Position numbers and translations under genes: made by a program
The notes under the pieces: model-generated
The model's input: only the letters and a program-made list of their open reading frames with translations
What the model was told of the DNA's origin: nothing
The model's database searches: none
Virus record (IMG/VR): IMGVR_UViG_3300010347_001588
Span: 5,791 to 69,790 of that record
DNA: 64,000 nucleotides
Source: a virus
Taxonomy: Duplodnaviria; Caudoviricetes
Strand: one strand, 5' to 3'
Shown: positions 37,048 through 47,117 of the stretch, in pieces
Layout of the letters: each line of letters starts with the position of its first letter
Numbering within the stretch: position 1 is the first letter of the stretch

Positions 37048-40000
37048 ATGGATTTACGTCGATTTTTTACTAAGGTAGCGAATGAGCTAGATTTTTTGGT
37101 GCGTCAAGCTGAAGGTCGCACGTCTATACATTTATTTGAATGGTTACAATATTGGTTTTCTGGTACCAGTAATACTGATATGGTAATGGATACCATGTTA
37201 CCAATGTATTTACAGAAGGTATTAGAGTATGGGCAGGCGTATTTAAAGGCGTTAAAAGTTCCTGAAAACCGAGACTTGGAGAGTGTAAAAGCTGATTTAG
37301 ACTTATTAAAAAGTATGAATGATAATGAGTTGAGTCAGCATCGTGAGAAATTGCAAGAATTATTTTTAAAATATGCGCCGCAATATGTACTTAAAGAAGA
37401 TTTGTCTGGATATGCAAAAATTATTAAAGTGGATAAATATTCAGTAGGTGGTACGTATGTAGCCGATCCTAATGATGTCGTATCCGAATATAGTAAACTA
37501 GTCTCTAATAATCTAGAAAAAGAATTAAATAGAGCGATTGCCGAGGCTCATAAAGCGATTGACCTTGCACAAATAGATTTACAGTCGGAGAATTTAGGTG
37601 AATTTATTGGTGTCCAAGCACACTTGCAATTTGGGGTATCTAAAACAGCTGCAAACAAAGACGAATTTGATCTTACGGATGACGTGTGGGATCAATTAGA
37701 AGCTTCAGCACCGGAAGATATTGAGGGGGATTTAGTTGTTACTGATGATATTTCTTCAAAACCAGTTGAGGTTGGTGTTTCTCTCAAAGATGAAATGGCT
37801 CCTGAGCAGCCTACTCTTGCACCGTCATCACAGATAAATGTCCCAAAGACGGATGAGTTGCTTAGTCGAATAAAAGATACATATGGTAATTTTAATACAT
37901 TCTTCAAAGAGTTTGATAATGTTGTTGATCATACTCGTTCTGACGTATCCCAAATTTTGGTTGAGGCATCTCGCAACAATGTAGATAGGAATGAACTATC
38001 GTCTCGGGTATCAGAGGCTGTTAAGCCTTTTGTTAATATGGCAAAAGGTTTAGATATTACAGTACCTCAGAATTTTGTGAATGAAATTATACAGGTTGGT
38101 GGGCTTGATAAGACATCTTTATATAGCACGATGAGCAATGTGATTCAAGATTTAGTTTATGCACAGACCGTTAGTGATGGTCAAGGTAATAAACAAGAAT
38201 CGAAGATTAAGACTAAACAAGAAGCATTGCGGAAGGCAATTCAACGTCAAATTGATAAAATCAAAAAGAGTTTAGAGATCGCAGAAAATACGGCGTTACC
38301 GTTAGAAGACCGATTTCTTGCGATTGGGTGGATTTTAGGATATCATACAACTGATTTATTTAGTGGTAGCGGTGATTTACCGGGGCGTATGGGTGAGTTT
38401 TTAAAAGGGTTGCGTGAGACCCCTCGGATTATCTCAGAAGATATTGAAACACCTGATGGGAAGAGTTATTTAGATGTACGTGTAGTGGTTGAAGATACAA
38501 AGCTGGTTGATATTAAGAATACAATTGTGTCTGCGTTAACTTTATATTTTGAGCGGTGGGATCAATTACAAAAACTCTATAGTACATCTATTGAGCAACT
38601 TAGTGATATGATTGAGTCTAGTTTAGAATACATTAAAACAAGTAATGAGGGAATTCAGGAGGGTATTAAAAAATTCTCAACTGTAATACAGAATACTGAA
38701 AGGTTGGAAGAATATTTAAAACCACAGGATTTAAGTGTATTTGATGACTATATTAATGATTTAGAAACTAGGATTAAAAACGCTGAGCAATTCCAGACTA
38801 TCTTATCTGAAGCAGCAACGGGTGGTCTTGACAAGATCCAAACATTGGATGCGGAGTTTAAGAAAGTCATACCGTATGATTATTTTGGTTCGGCATATGC
38901 TGAGATTTTGAACCAATTATATGATTTAAAGAAGGAGATTAATGCGTCAGGTGTCAAGAATCCGGCTATATTTGCTGGTCTGGGTAAAGATGGGTATCTG
39001 CAAACGTTAGATCAGATTATTAGTAGTTTTGAAAAGGGTGCTCCAGATTTAGATGCGCTACAAAACCTGAAATATAATATAGAAAAAGCGTTGGGTCCAA
39101 ATCGAGATGTCCCAGTACATGGTAAAGACGTGATCCCTAATATTGAACGTGGTAAGACAATAAATATGGTGAAGAAGTTTGGTATGGAGGCTGTTAAAAA
39201 ATATCAAGCGTCGATACGGGATTTGAAAATAATTAAAGCGACATTACAAAGTGTGTATGATCAGACTAATGAAAATTTTCTTGTACGCAGTTTTAAATTA
39301 TATAATATTTGGAACCAATTAAAACCGACGTATAGAGATTTATTTTCAGACATGCGGTTGCAAAAATATAGTAAAACAATCGATGGTCTCTTATCTATTC
39401 TAATTAAGAATATTCGTGATGAACTTACGAATGGGAGTGATTCGATCTTACAATTACTGGATTCTAGTCGTAAAAATTTGAAGGGCTTACAAAAAAATCT
39501 CAAAGAATTTTCTACTACAATCACGACCAACATAAAATCAATCACGAGTCAATTAAATGTCCAATCCGATGGATTGGTCAAGTTAGTGGAATCAATTGTA
39601 TTACCTAAGCGTTCAGCACTTATGAGTGAAAACTTTTTGGATGTTTCTGTTTTTGATGAATTATTTAAAAGTGCTGATGCTACTACACAAGCAGTGTTTA
39701 GTCGTGATAGTATTACGCCAGGAACTTTTATTGGATATGGTGAATTAATACGTACTACAATTAAAATGTTGGATGACTGTGAAAAATCGTTAAAGTCATG
39801 TATCCCCAAAACAGGTAATCCTGGTATTGAGGATTATACATCTTCACCACCTGAGGGTAGTTCATTTTACCCTACAAAGATTGACGCCATCGATGTTACT
39901 ATGGGTGAGGATCAATCATTATTAGGTTTTGCATATAAACCAGCATTGAGTGCGTTGGCTGAGGAGATTAAATCGCTTACTACTCTATTTAACTCTAGAG

Positions 40001-40275
40001 GTACTTCGGATTCGAGAGAAAGAGCTACTTTAGAGAAACAATTGGCATATTTAAAGAAGTTGAAATATATGATTAATAATCAGGATTTATTAAAGAAATC
40101 TGGGGTTGCGTTAGCGCCACAAGAACAGACATATGTGGAGGCATTAATCGCACAATATGAAATGCGGAAGAGTCAAGCTCAGTCATCGATTGGAGAGAAG
40201 TTTAAATCCTATGCGGCAATTCGTGAAATGAAGGAGCGAAGGCAATTAGTCGAAAGTATGAGTGCGCTTAAATGA
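37048..40275 (+). CDS. Large alpha-helical hypothetical protein, probable internal head protein
   Basis: 1075 aa helical/coiled ORF directly upstream of the portal; no catalytic motif seen. Confidence 0.55.
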   Translation: MDLRRFFTKVANELDFLVRQAEGRTSIHLFEWLQYWFSGTSNTDMVMDTMLPMYLQKVLEYGQAYLKALKVPENRDLESVKADLDLLKSMNDNELSQHREKLQELFLKYAPQYVLKEDLSGYAKIIKVDKYSVGGTYVADPNDVVSEYSKLVSNNLEKELNRAIAEAHKAIDLAQIDLQSENLGEFIGVQAHLQFGVSKTAANKDEFDLTDDVWDQLEASAPEDIEGDLVVTDDISSKPVEVGVSLKDEMAPEQPTLAPSSQINVPKTDELLSRIKDTYGNFNTFFKEFDNVVDHTRSDVSQILVEASRNNVDRNELSSRVSEAVKPFVNMAKGLDITVPQNFVNEIIQVGGLDKTSLYSTMSNVIQDLVYAQTVSDGQGNKQESKIKTKQEALRKAIQRQIDKIKKSLEIAENTALPLEDRFLAIGWILGYHTTDLFSGSGDLPGRMGEFLKGLRETPRIISEDIETPDGKSYLDVRVVVEDTKLVDIKNTIVSALTLYFERWDQLQKLYSTSIEQLSDMIESSLEYIKTSNEGIQEGIKKFSTVIQNTERLEEYLKPQDLSVFDDYINDLETRIKNAEQFQTILSEAATGGLDKIQTLDAEFKKVIPYDYFGSAYAEILNQLYDLKKEINASGVKNPAIFAGLGKDGYLQTLDQIISSFEKGAPDLDALQNLKYNIEKALGPNRDVPVHGKDVIPNIERGKTINMVKKFGMEAVKKYQASIRDLKIIKATLQSVYDQTNENFLVRSFKLYNIWNQLKPTYRDLFSDMRLQKYSKTIDGLLSILIKNIRDELTNGSDSILQLLDSSRKNLKGLQKNLKEFSTTITTNIKSITSQLNVQSDGLVKLVESIVLPKRSALMSENFLDVSVFDELFKSADATTQAVFSRDSITPGTFIGYGELIRTTIKMLDDCEKSLKSCIPKTGNPGIEDYTSSPPEGSSFYPTKIDAIDVTMGEDQSLLGFAYKPALSALAEEIKSLTTLFNSRGTSDSRERATLEKQLAYLKKLKYMINNQDLLKKSGVALAPQEQTYVEALIAQYEMRKSQAQSSIGEKFKSYAAIREMKERRQLVESMSALK

Positions 40276-40303
40276 TTGTTATATTATGAGATGAAGGAGT
40301 CCT

Positions 40304-43300
40304 ATGAAAGAACAAAAACCGTTTGCACCACCCACTGAATTTCATAAAGTTCTACCACGTACGATTTTTGCGGAAGTACAATCTGATTTTTCGGAACGGC
40401 ATGGGGCTACTGGATTTACTGGCGGTACTGGTTATGGAATGGGTAACCCTCTTATACAAGGGTTTTTAGGTACACATAATATTTACCGTACGCCCGCCCG
40501 TCGATTTTATGACCCAGAAACGACGACATCTTCTATTTATTTACCACGAGCCTTCAAACAACGGAATCGGTGGAATCGTTTCTTTTTTGATCATGATGAG
40601 TTAGTTGGTGCGGTATTAACATTACATGCAGAATTACCACACTCCCGTGCTGAATTCTTATATGATGATAAAATGATTGCTATGCATGTTGAAGAGTGTG
40701 TGGAAACAATTGATTTATTTTCAATGTTACCGCTCATTGATTTAGAATATTTGAAGATTGGTGAAGTAGTTATTCATACGCCTTGGGATGATACGAAAGG
40801 CATGTGGAGTCATATTATTATACAGAATCCTGATTATATTGAGTTAACGTTTAGTCCATTTGCGGCGAATGAGGCAGTCATTGAGTTAGTCCCGAGTGAT
40901 GAATTAAAGAGGATTGTGTATAGTAATAAACCAGAGGATCAACAACTTAAAAAGATGCTTCCAAAAGAGATTGTGCGTAGGGTCCTCACAGGGAAGAATA
41001 TCATTTTGAATAATGAGGAAGTCACACATATAGCAAGACGAAGTAATCCTTATGATGAACGAGGGACTTCTATTATTAATCGGTTACATCGTTTATTGAT
41101 GTATGAGGATAAATTGCGCGAAGCGCAACTGACGATTGCTGATAATTTTATTTATCCGTTAAAATTGTTTAAACTTGGTGACCCACAAAAGGGTTGGGTT
41201 CCTGATGATTCGCATATGCGAGCATTAGCACAGGTGTTGTTACATGCAAACTTTGACCCAAACTTTGCGTTGATTTATCATTATGGCTTACAGGTTGAAT
41301 ATATTACGGTTGCTGATCGTGTGATGCGCTTGGATAAAGAATGGACTGAAATTAATGAGCGTAAGATGATTGGATTGGGGGTTAGTAAGCAATTTGTCAA
41401 TGCTGAAGTGACCTATTCATCAGCAAATGTTGGATTGCAGATCCAATTGGCACGTTATAAGGCGAAGCGTGATGTATTAGAAGGGTGGATTCGTAAGTTA
41501 TTACGCATTATGGCAAAGCGGAATGGGTGGTATCGACGGGATGCGAGGGAGATTGTTGGTCAATTTCGTGTGAGCAGAAAAGGCCCCGAATTAGAAGAAC
41601 GTCTTATTATGCCGGAGATTGTGTGGCATAAAAAGCTAATGATGCGTGATGACCAAAACTTCTTAACATTCTTAAATAATGTATATGCACAGGGGAAAGG
41701 CCCAATTTCAACGATTACTTTATTGATGGCAATGGGGTTAGATTTATCCGACGAATTACATAAAAAGCATATGCAAAAGAAGTTAGAAGAACAATATGGT
41801 GAATATATTCATCCCATGCAGACAGCCGCACCACCACCTCCCCCATTAATGGCGCGTATTAGAGATAGTTTATTTGGGCGTGAGAAGAAGGCAAAGCAAG
41901 AACAAGAGCCTGTATCAGAGAATATATTTGCCAATACGCCCGACTCGAATTTGCTTACTGGGTATAAACGTGATATCCAATATAAATCTGTGGAAGCGGT
42001 ATATGATGCTGATAATAAGATGGTTGCAGAGATTGCGCGTGATGCACAGTATATTTCAGATCGTGTGTGGGAAAACAATCTCAAATCTCCCCATGTTAGT
42101 CATGAATTTAATGTGTTGTATTCAACATTGAATACTCTCGTGAACGCTGCACTTGTGAAATATGGTGATGTTCAGAGTTCTGATTTAGAATTTGTAGAAA
42201 AACTGCATGATGTATATACCAAATGTTATTTACAAGGGAAGTTAGAATCGGTGATTGGGTTGCATCGTGTGCCTAGTTTGTTTACTGAACGATATTCAAT
42301 TGAGAATATCCAAAACTATTCAGATTTATTACTATTTGAGGAAATGCACGATTGGCTCACGAAAGTATTGCAATTTGATACGATAGATGTAAATCATAAA
42401 GTTTCACTATTACGTCACTTATTAAATACATGTTATGCAACTGGACAAATTATCGGGTTACAGGAGCATGGGATTTACAATGTGCGTGTGGCTAATGTAG
42501 AGGATAAAGATGGTGTTCGGTATGTGACGGATGAGCTTCTTAGTAAAGGGATGAATCTTGCGAATGTGATTTCACCAAATGGTGAAATATTGAAGTTTTA
42601 TCCATGTATTGTTGGGCATGGCACGACCGATCATGCGAATAGTGTGAGTAAGAACGTAAGTCGCACGCATTCGTTTGGTATTGGTGGGATAAATGTTGTG
42701 GATTGTCCTATTGATTATGTTGATGACCTACAGCGTGTTCTTTCTAAGTTACACCCCATCTTGTCACGGAAATATTCACGAATCGTTTTTGTGGATGATG
42801 TGACTAATATCAAAGAATGGGAAAATAGTCAATATGATCAACTTCGAGAAAAATTTTCAGATATGCAGAAAGAGGAATTTAATAAGATTTCTGATACGTT
42901 ATTAACTACATTGAAATATCAGAAGGCTGGATTTATCCCACATTTTGCTGTGGATAAAACGCTCTATATGTCGGAATGGATTGGTAATACTGATGAATCA
43001 TTAGTTAAGAAGTTTATGCAGAGTCTTGGGATGTATAATATCGATGTATCTTCTTTAGTTGATAAACGTAGTGTGTCTAAGATGTTTGATTTAACACCTC
43101 AAGATATCAATGAATATCAGTTGATGGGGTATATTTCAAAGATTTATGATAATAATTCTAATGTTGTTGGGTGGGCAGTAATCGCAGATAATATGACACG
43201 GTTAGCTCATAAAATCCCGATGAAATTAAAGTATGGATATATGTGGGATGAATCAGGTAAATGTGTATCATTAGGAAAAATTAGTATCGATGATTTAGTG

Positions 43301-43384
43301 AAACATAGTTTACATTATTGGGTTTCGTATCCACACAAATTAGATGATGAGATTGTTAAGATACTTAATGAGATGGTCAGTTAG
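40304..43384 (+). CDS. Portal protein with a long C-terminal extension
   Basis: FFFDHDELVGAVLTLHAELP, GEVV..PWD, THIARRSNPYDERGTSII.RL..LLMYEDKLREAQ..IADNFIYPLKLFKLGD resemble large-phage portals; poly-Pro linker, then about 500 extra aa. Confidence 0.75.
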   Translation: MKEQKPFAPPTEFHKVLPRTIFAEVQSDFSERHGATGFTGGTGYGMGNPLIQGFLGTHNIYRTPARRFYDPETTTSSIYLPRAFKQRNRWNRFFFDHDELVGAVLTLHAELPHSRAEFLYDDKMIAMHVEECVETIDLFSMLPLIDLEYLKIGEVVIHTPWDDTKGMWSHIIIQNPDYIELTFSPFAANEAVIELVPSDELKRIVYSNKPEDQQLKKMLPKEIVRRVLTGKNIILNNEEVTHIARRSNPYDERGTSIINRLHRLLMYEDKLREAQLTIADNFIYPLKLFKLGDPQKGWVPDDSHMRALAQVLLHANFDPNFALIYHYGLQVEYITVADRVMRLDKEWTEINERKMIGLGVSKQFVNAEVTYSSANVGLQIQLARYKAKRDVLEGWIRKLLRIMAKRNGWYRRDAREIVGQFRVSRKGPELEERLIMPEIVWHKKLMMRDDQNFLTFLNNVYAQGKGPISTITLLMAMGLDLSDELHKKHMQKKLEEQYGEYIHPMQTAAPPPPPLMARIRDSLFGREKKAKQEQEPVSENIFANTPDSNLLTGYKRDIQYKSVEAVYDADNKMVAEIARDAQYISDRVWENNLKSPHVSHEFNVLYSTLNTLVNAALVKYGDVQSSDLEFVEKLHDVYTKCYLQGKLESVIGLHRVPSLFTERYSIENIQNYSDLLLFEEMHDWLTKVLQFDTIDVNHKVSLLRHLLNTCYATGQIIGLQEHGIYNVRVANVEDKDGVRYVTDELLSKGMNLANVISPNGEILKFYPCIVGHGTTDHANSVSKNVSRTHSFGIGGINVVDCPIDYVDDLQRVLSKLHPILSRKYSRIVFVDDVTNIKEWENSQYDQLREKFSDMQKEEFNKISDTLLTTLKYQKAGFIPHFAVDKTLYMSEWIGNTDESLVKKFMQSLGMYNIDVSSLVDKRSVSKMFDLTPQDINEYQLMGYISKIYDNNSNVVGWAVIADNMTRLAHKIPMKLKYGYMWDESGKCVSLGKISIDDLVKHSLHYWVSYPHKLDDEIVKILNEMVS

Positions 43385-43402
43385 ACTATTTGAGGTAGTG
43401 GT

Positions 43403-44224
43403 ATGGGTACAACGAAACGTTCAGCATATAAACCAAACAAGATTTGGAAAAATCTTTATACCAAGTTGAAACAACAGGTTATAGATGCAACTTCTGTTGA
43501 TATGTTACCATCCGAGGATGATATCGAATATTTAACCGTGCTTGCGAATCGTGCGTGGATTAATATTCCCTCATTGTATAGTGAAATTATTGATAGGAAT
43601 ATGGAATTACACGATATGTTATTATCAAAACGTAATAAATTAATGCGTGAAGAGTCTGAAAGAATAGGTGATGGAGAAATAGTTACTGCCGATTTATCCT
43701 TAAAAAGACGTTTAAAAGCCGTTATTGCTTCTTTTACGGGTGCGGTTGATGGGTTTATTGAGGATGAGATTCGATATGCCATCTTAAATAATATGAACTC
43801 ATTTCTGGATGTGTGCCATAAGTACAGTACCTTATCTTCAGGTATCTTACAATCTATGAACAAGATTGCAGAAACATTAGATTTATTTAAAGATGTATTA
43901 GATTATGGTATTGACCCAAAGGTATCCCTAGATAAGGTAGTTACTCGTGTTTCTATGAATCCTAAAAAGATTGTAGATGTCCAACGTAGTTTAGATATGC
44001 TTGCGGATGAAATTGCAATATTGCCAATCGACGAAGATCGACGTACTGTACTATTTCGATTTTTGGAGCAATTAGTAAAGGATATTCAAGCGTGTTTGGA
44101 ATATGCGCCAATTCAGCGCATTGCCGAATCCACCGAGGAAATTATTCAGTACCAAGAAAAGCGTAAACCTTCTCGGCGTGTTATAACGGATCAGACTAGA
44201 AAGGATATTGTCGATGAACCGTGA
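43403..44224 (+). CDS. Hypothetical helical protein
   Basis: Operonic ORF in the head module. Confidence 0.55.
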   Translation: MGTTKRSAYKPNKIWKNLYTKLKQQVIDATSVDMLPSEDDIEYLTVLANRAWINIPSLYSEIIDRNMELHDMLLSKRNKLMREESERIGDGEIVTADLSLKRRLKAVIASFTGAVDGFIEDEIRYAILNNMNSFLDVCHKYSTLSSGILQSMNKIAETLDLFKDVLDYGIDPKVSLDKVVTRVSMNPKKIVDVQRSLDMLADEIAILPIDEDRRTVLFRFLEQLVKDIQACLEYAPIQRIAESTEEIIQYQEKRKPSRRVITDQTRKDIVDEP

Positions 44225-44747
44225 TCGTGCCTTGCGGCATATCGCACATAAGATAAATGCGATTTATAATTGTTATAATACTTCTGCTCATTATATACGT
44301 CGGGTAGACGATGTCTATAACGTATATGATAAAAAGTCTGGTCTACGATTGTATTCTGATGCGAATGAGTCAAAAGCGATTGGTGTTTTGCAATTTTTAG
44401 ATCGTCTTGCGAATATCTCAACACATAAAGAGTATGAGATTGTTGTATTGATGCGTTTAAATAATATTTGTACGCGTGAGAAGTTTATTAAGTATATCCA
44501 GCCTAAATTTAATTTAGATGATACAGAAATTGATCGTTTATTACGTTTAGCATTTCCTGATAAGTTGTTACCTGAAGAGGAGCAATTTATTAAGACAAGT
44601 ATTGATGTAGATCGATTTTATTCGGAGTTTAGTTCTGAGTGGGGTGAACTGGTAAAAGACTATAACTTTCGTCTTTCTTCAAGTGATGACAGACTCTTTT
44701 TCAATTTTGATAAATTAGTGCATAAATATGGTCTTGATCAACAATAG
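44208..44747 (+). CDS. Hypothetical protein
   Basis: Operonic ORF in the head module. Confidence 0.55.
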   Translation: MSMNRDRALRHIAHKINAIYNCYNTSAHYIRRVDDVYNVYDKKSGLRLYSDANESKAIGVLQFLDRLANISTHKEYEIVVLMRLNNICTREKFIKYIQPKFNLDDTEIDRLLRLAFPDKLLPEEEQFIKTSIDVDRFYSEFSSEWGELVKDYNFRLSSSDDRLFFNFDKLVHKYGLDQQ

Positions 44748-44838
44748 TAAGCAAATTTCATAGAATAAATTTCCTTAAAGATTACATAGATTTAGTTATT
44801 ATTAACGGTAAGAGGATTCTATTGCATAGGGGTTATTT

Positions 44839-45735
44839 ATGAGTCATAAACGTGGGATCGGACAACCAATTCGTTTAGCGAATCAGATTGATTCGAAAAC
44901 GAGAGATAAAATAGCTGAATTGATTGAAACAAAGCAAAGTGAGTATGTATTATCTCCAATATTAGAGGATTTTGTCTATACCACAACGCGTGCATTGGAT
45001 ATTGGTGATTATCATGGGACTAAAAATAAACGGGCATTGTGGGAACATGCAGTTAATAAGAATGATGACTTATTTAACTGGGATGAATTACATGATCCGA
45101 TCGAGATAGGTGGAGTTAGTATGCCTCGCTATCTCACCTTTCGCACGGCAGGTGTGTTTGTGAATCATCAATCAAAAGACCCGGAATCTGCTATTGGGCT
45201 TGTATTTGATAGTGTGGTTGTTGATGATGTCTATGATGATATGCATGTTGTTATTTTGATGGGGATTGATAAACATAAGGCCCCCAATATTGCACGGTCG
45301 TTGATGACATATCCCGAGCGTGTTGCTACTTCTATGGGTTGTATTATTAAATCTTCTCAGTGTACGTGTTGTGGGGAGATCATTGGGGATTATAATAATT
45401 TATGTAATTGTTTGCGATACCATCGTGGTGGTCGGAAGAATGGGCGTAAAGTTGCTGAGTTGTTACGTCAGATGGAATTTTATGAGCAGAGTATAGTGAC
45501 CTCCCCTGCTGCGCCTAAAAGTTTAGTGATTGATGCCCTTCACGGGTCTGGTCTTGTTCCTGGCGCGATTTTGAAAGTAGCTTCTACTGAACAAATTGAT
45601 GGGGTAGATCCTTTATTAGACGTTATGTATAATATTTATCAATCGATTCGTACTGCACGAACATGGCGTGAAAAGAAGCAATTAAACGATCGATTAGATA
45701 TTTTAATTTCCAAATTGCAAACATTGGTTGGGTAG
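44839..45735 (+). CDS. Prohead (capsid maturation) protease with a Cys-rich insertion
   Basis: VFVNHQ (His), ATSMGC (Ser), CTCC...CNC, FYEQSIVTSPA. Confidence 0.72.
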   Translation: MSHKRGIGQPIRLANQIDSKTRDKIAELIETKQSEYVLSPILEDFVYTTTRALDIGDYHGTKNKRALWEHAVNKNDDLFNWDELHDPIEIGGVSMPRYLTFRTAGVFVNHQSKDPESAIGLVFDSVVVDDVYDDMHVVILMGIDKHKAPNIARSLMTYPERVATSMGCIIKSSQCTCCGEIIGDYNNLCNCLRYHRGGRKNGRKVAELLRQMEFYEQSIVTSPAAPKSLVIDALHGSGLVPGAILKVASTEQIDGVDPLLDVMYNIYQSIRTARTWREKKQLNDRLDILISKLQTLVG

Positions 45736-45748
45736 AGGGTAGATATAT

Positions 45749-47116
45749 ATGGAATGGTATGTAGCACATGTAGGGTATAATCCTCGGTTACAAGTTCGTC
45801 CAAAGAACAAACCACAAAACGACGATTTAAACCGTATGATAGCTAATCTGCGTAAGCGTATTCAATTTGATGCAACTTGTGGAATTTCTAATATTGATTA
45901 TGCGGGTCATGAACGTTATATTTATTTACAGATTTATGATTTAGATAGTGCACTTGATACATTACGTAAAACCTACGGTATTCAATTTTCTGTGACTGCG
46001 CCCGTTGCGGATCGTGACTTAGGGCCTGGGGAAATGCGACCATTAAGTGATGTTGAGGCACGTGCATTACGTACTAAAGTGGTGCTTAAAGCAACCGATG
46101 TAGATGGAAAGGAAATTGAGTTCTCGATTGATCGCATATTAGATAATGTGTTTTCTGGTAATAGAGACCGGGATGATCAACTGATCAGTGTGATTTTGTC
46201 TAACAATTTGGTCTATGCAGAGCGGTTTGCTATTTATTTTCTGCCTAAAAATGAAAAGTTTTTATTTTATGCGCACGGAGATTCAGAAAATTATAAAGTG
46301 GATATTCAAAGTAGCGTGGGGATGGATATTCAGGATGCGACATTACAACTGAATCGTCTGATATCTCCAACTGTGATTCATATGGTAGGACTCTATAAAA
46401 GTTCTGCAACGCGATTGAGAGATGGAATTCAGATGGCTAATTTTTATTTACATCAAGAACCTCACGATATTTCACATGCTATCCCCCTACCGAATATCTT
46501 TAGTGTTATTGATTCAGCAAAAGTTATTTCGTATATCCAACAAGTTCGTGAAGCAGCAAAGAAGCAGTTTTTAGAATCATCTAATTTGATAGAATCTTCT
46601 CCGATGCAACAGAATAGCGCTAAGCAAAGTTCAACAAAATTTGCGGGAGAGAAAGAGTTTTCTAAGGATTTCATGAATCTTAATAGTTTGGATGAGTTAC
46701 AAGATTTATTTTCTGAAGGAGATGATACTGACCGACAAATTAATAACGTTGGTGTGAGTGTAGATCAGGGTATTTCGAATGAAGTGAATCGAAATGACGA
46801 ATTACCGCTCATTTATGGGATTGAATTAGATAGTCATGGTAAATTCATTGGATATTATTTTGATACGGTGAAAAATAGTGATTCAAAAGTAATGGTTCGA
46901 GGTACGATTTTTGATTTATTAGACGATGGTTATGAACTGAAACTAAAAGCAATTATTAAGGATGTTTGTGGGTCTATGGTTCTTGCCTACCCAAATATTG
47001 TATCTAACTTGTATGATGAAAATATTCTGTACCATACCGATGTACGTTTTTCATTTTTTTATGATCGGGCATATAATTTGAAATTAGCTCAGGGTACTGA
47101 GACAATAGAAGCATAG
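45749..47116 (+). CDS. Hypothetical protein with a NusG N-terminal (NGN)-like domain
   Basis: MEWYVAHV...RYIYLQI...RKTYGIQFSV...RPLSDVEARAL parallels the NusG pattern WYV...GYVFV...TPGV...PLSxxE. Confidence 0.45.
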   Translation: MEWYVAHVGYNPRLQVRPKNKPQNDDLNRMIANLRKRIQFDATCGISNIDYAGHERYIYLQIYDLDSALDTLRKTYGIQFSVTAPVADRDLGPGEMRPLSDVEARALRTKVVLKATDVDGKEIEFSIDRILDNVFSGNRDRDDQLISVILSNNLVYAERFAIYFLPKNEKFLFYAHGDSENYKVDIQSSVGMDIQDATLQLNRLISPTVIHMVGLYKSSATRLRDGIQMANFYLHQEPHDISHAIPLPNIFSVIDSAKVISYIQQVREAAKKQFLESSNLIESSPMQQNSAKQSSTKFAGEKEFSKDFMNLNSLDELQDLFSEGDDTDRQINNVGVSVDQGISNEVNRNDELPLIYGIELDSHGKFIGYYFDTVKNSDSKVMVRGTIFDLLDDGYELKLKAIIKDVCGSMVLAYPNIVSNLYDENILYHTDVRFSFFYDRAYNLKLAQGTETIEA

Positions 47117-47117
47117 C

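Noticed and set aside
37048-40275. Chimallin (phage nucleus shell) or a multisubunit RNA polymerase subunit
   Set aside because: No recognisable chimallin features and no DxDGD-type RNAP motif; the presence of tubulin alone is not enough
37048-40275. Tape measure protein
   Set aside because: It lies upstream of the portal rather than after the tail tube and lacks the Ala/Gly-rich periodic repeats and TM segments
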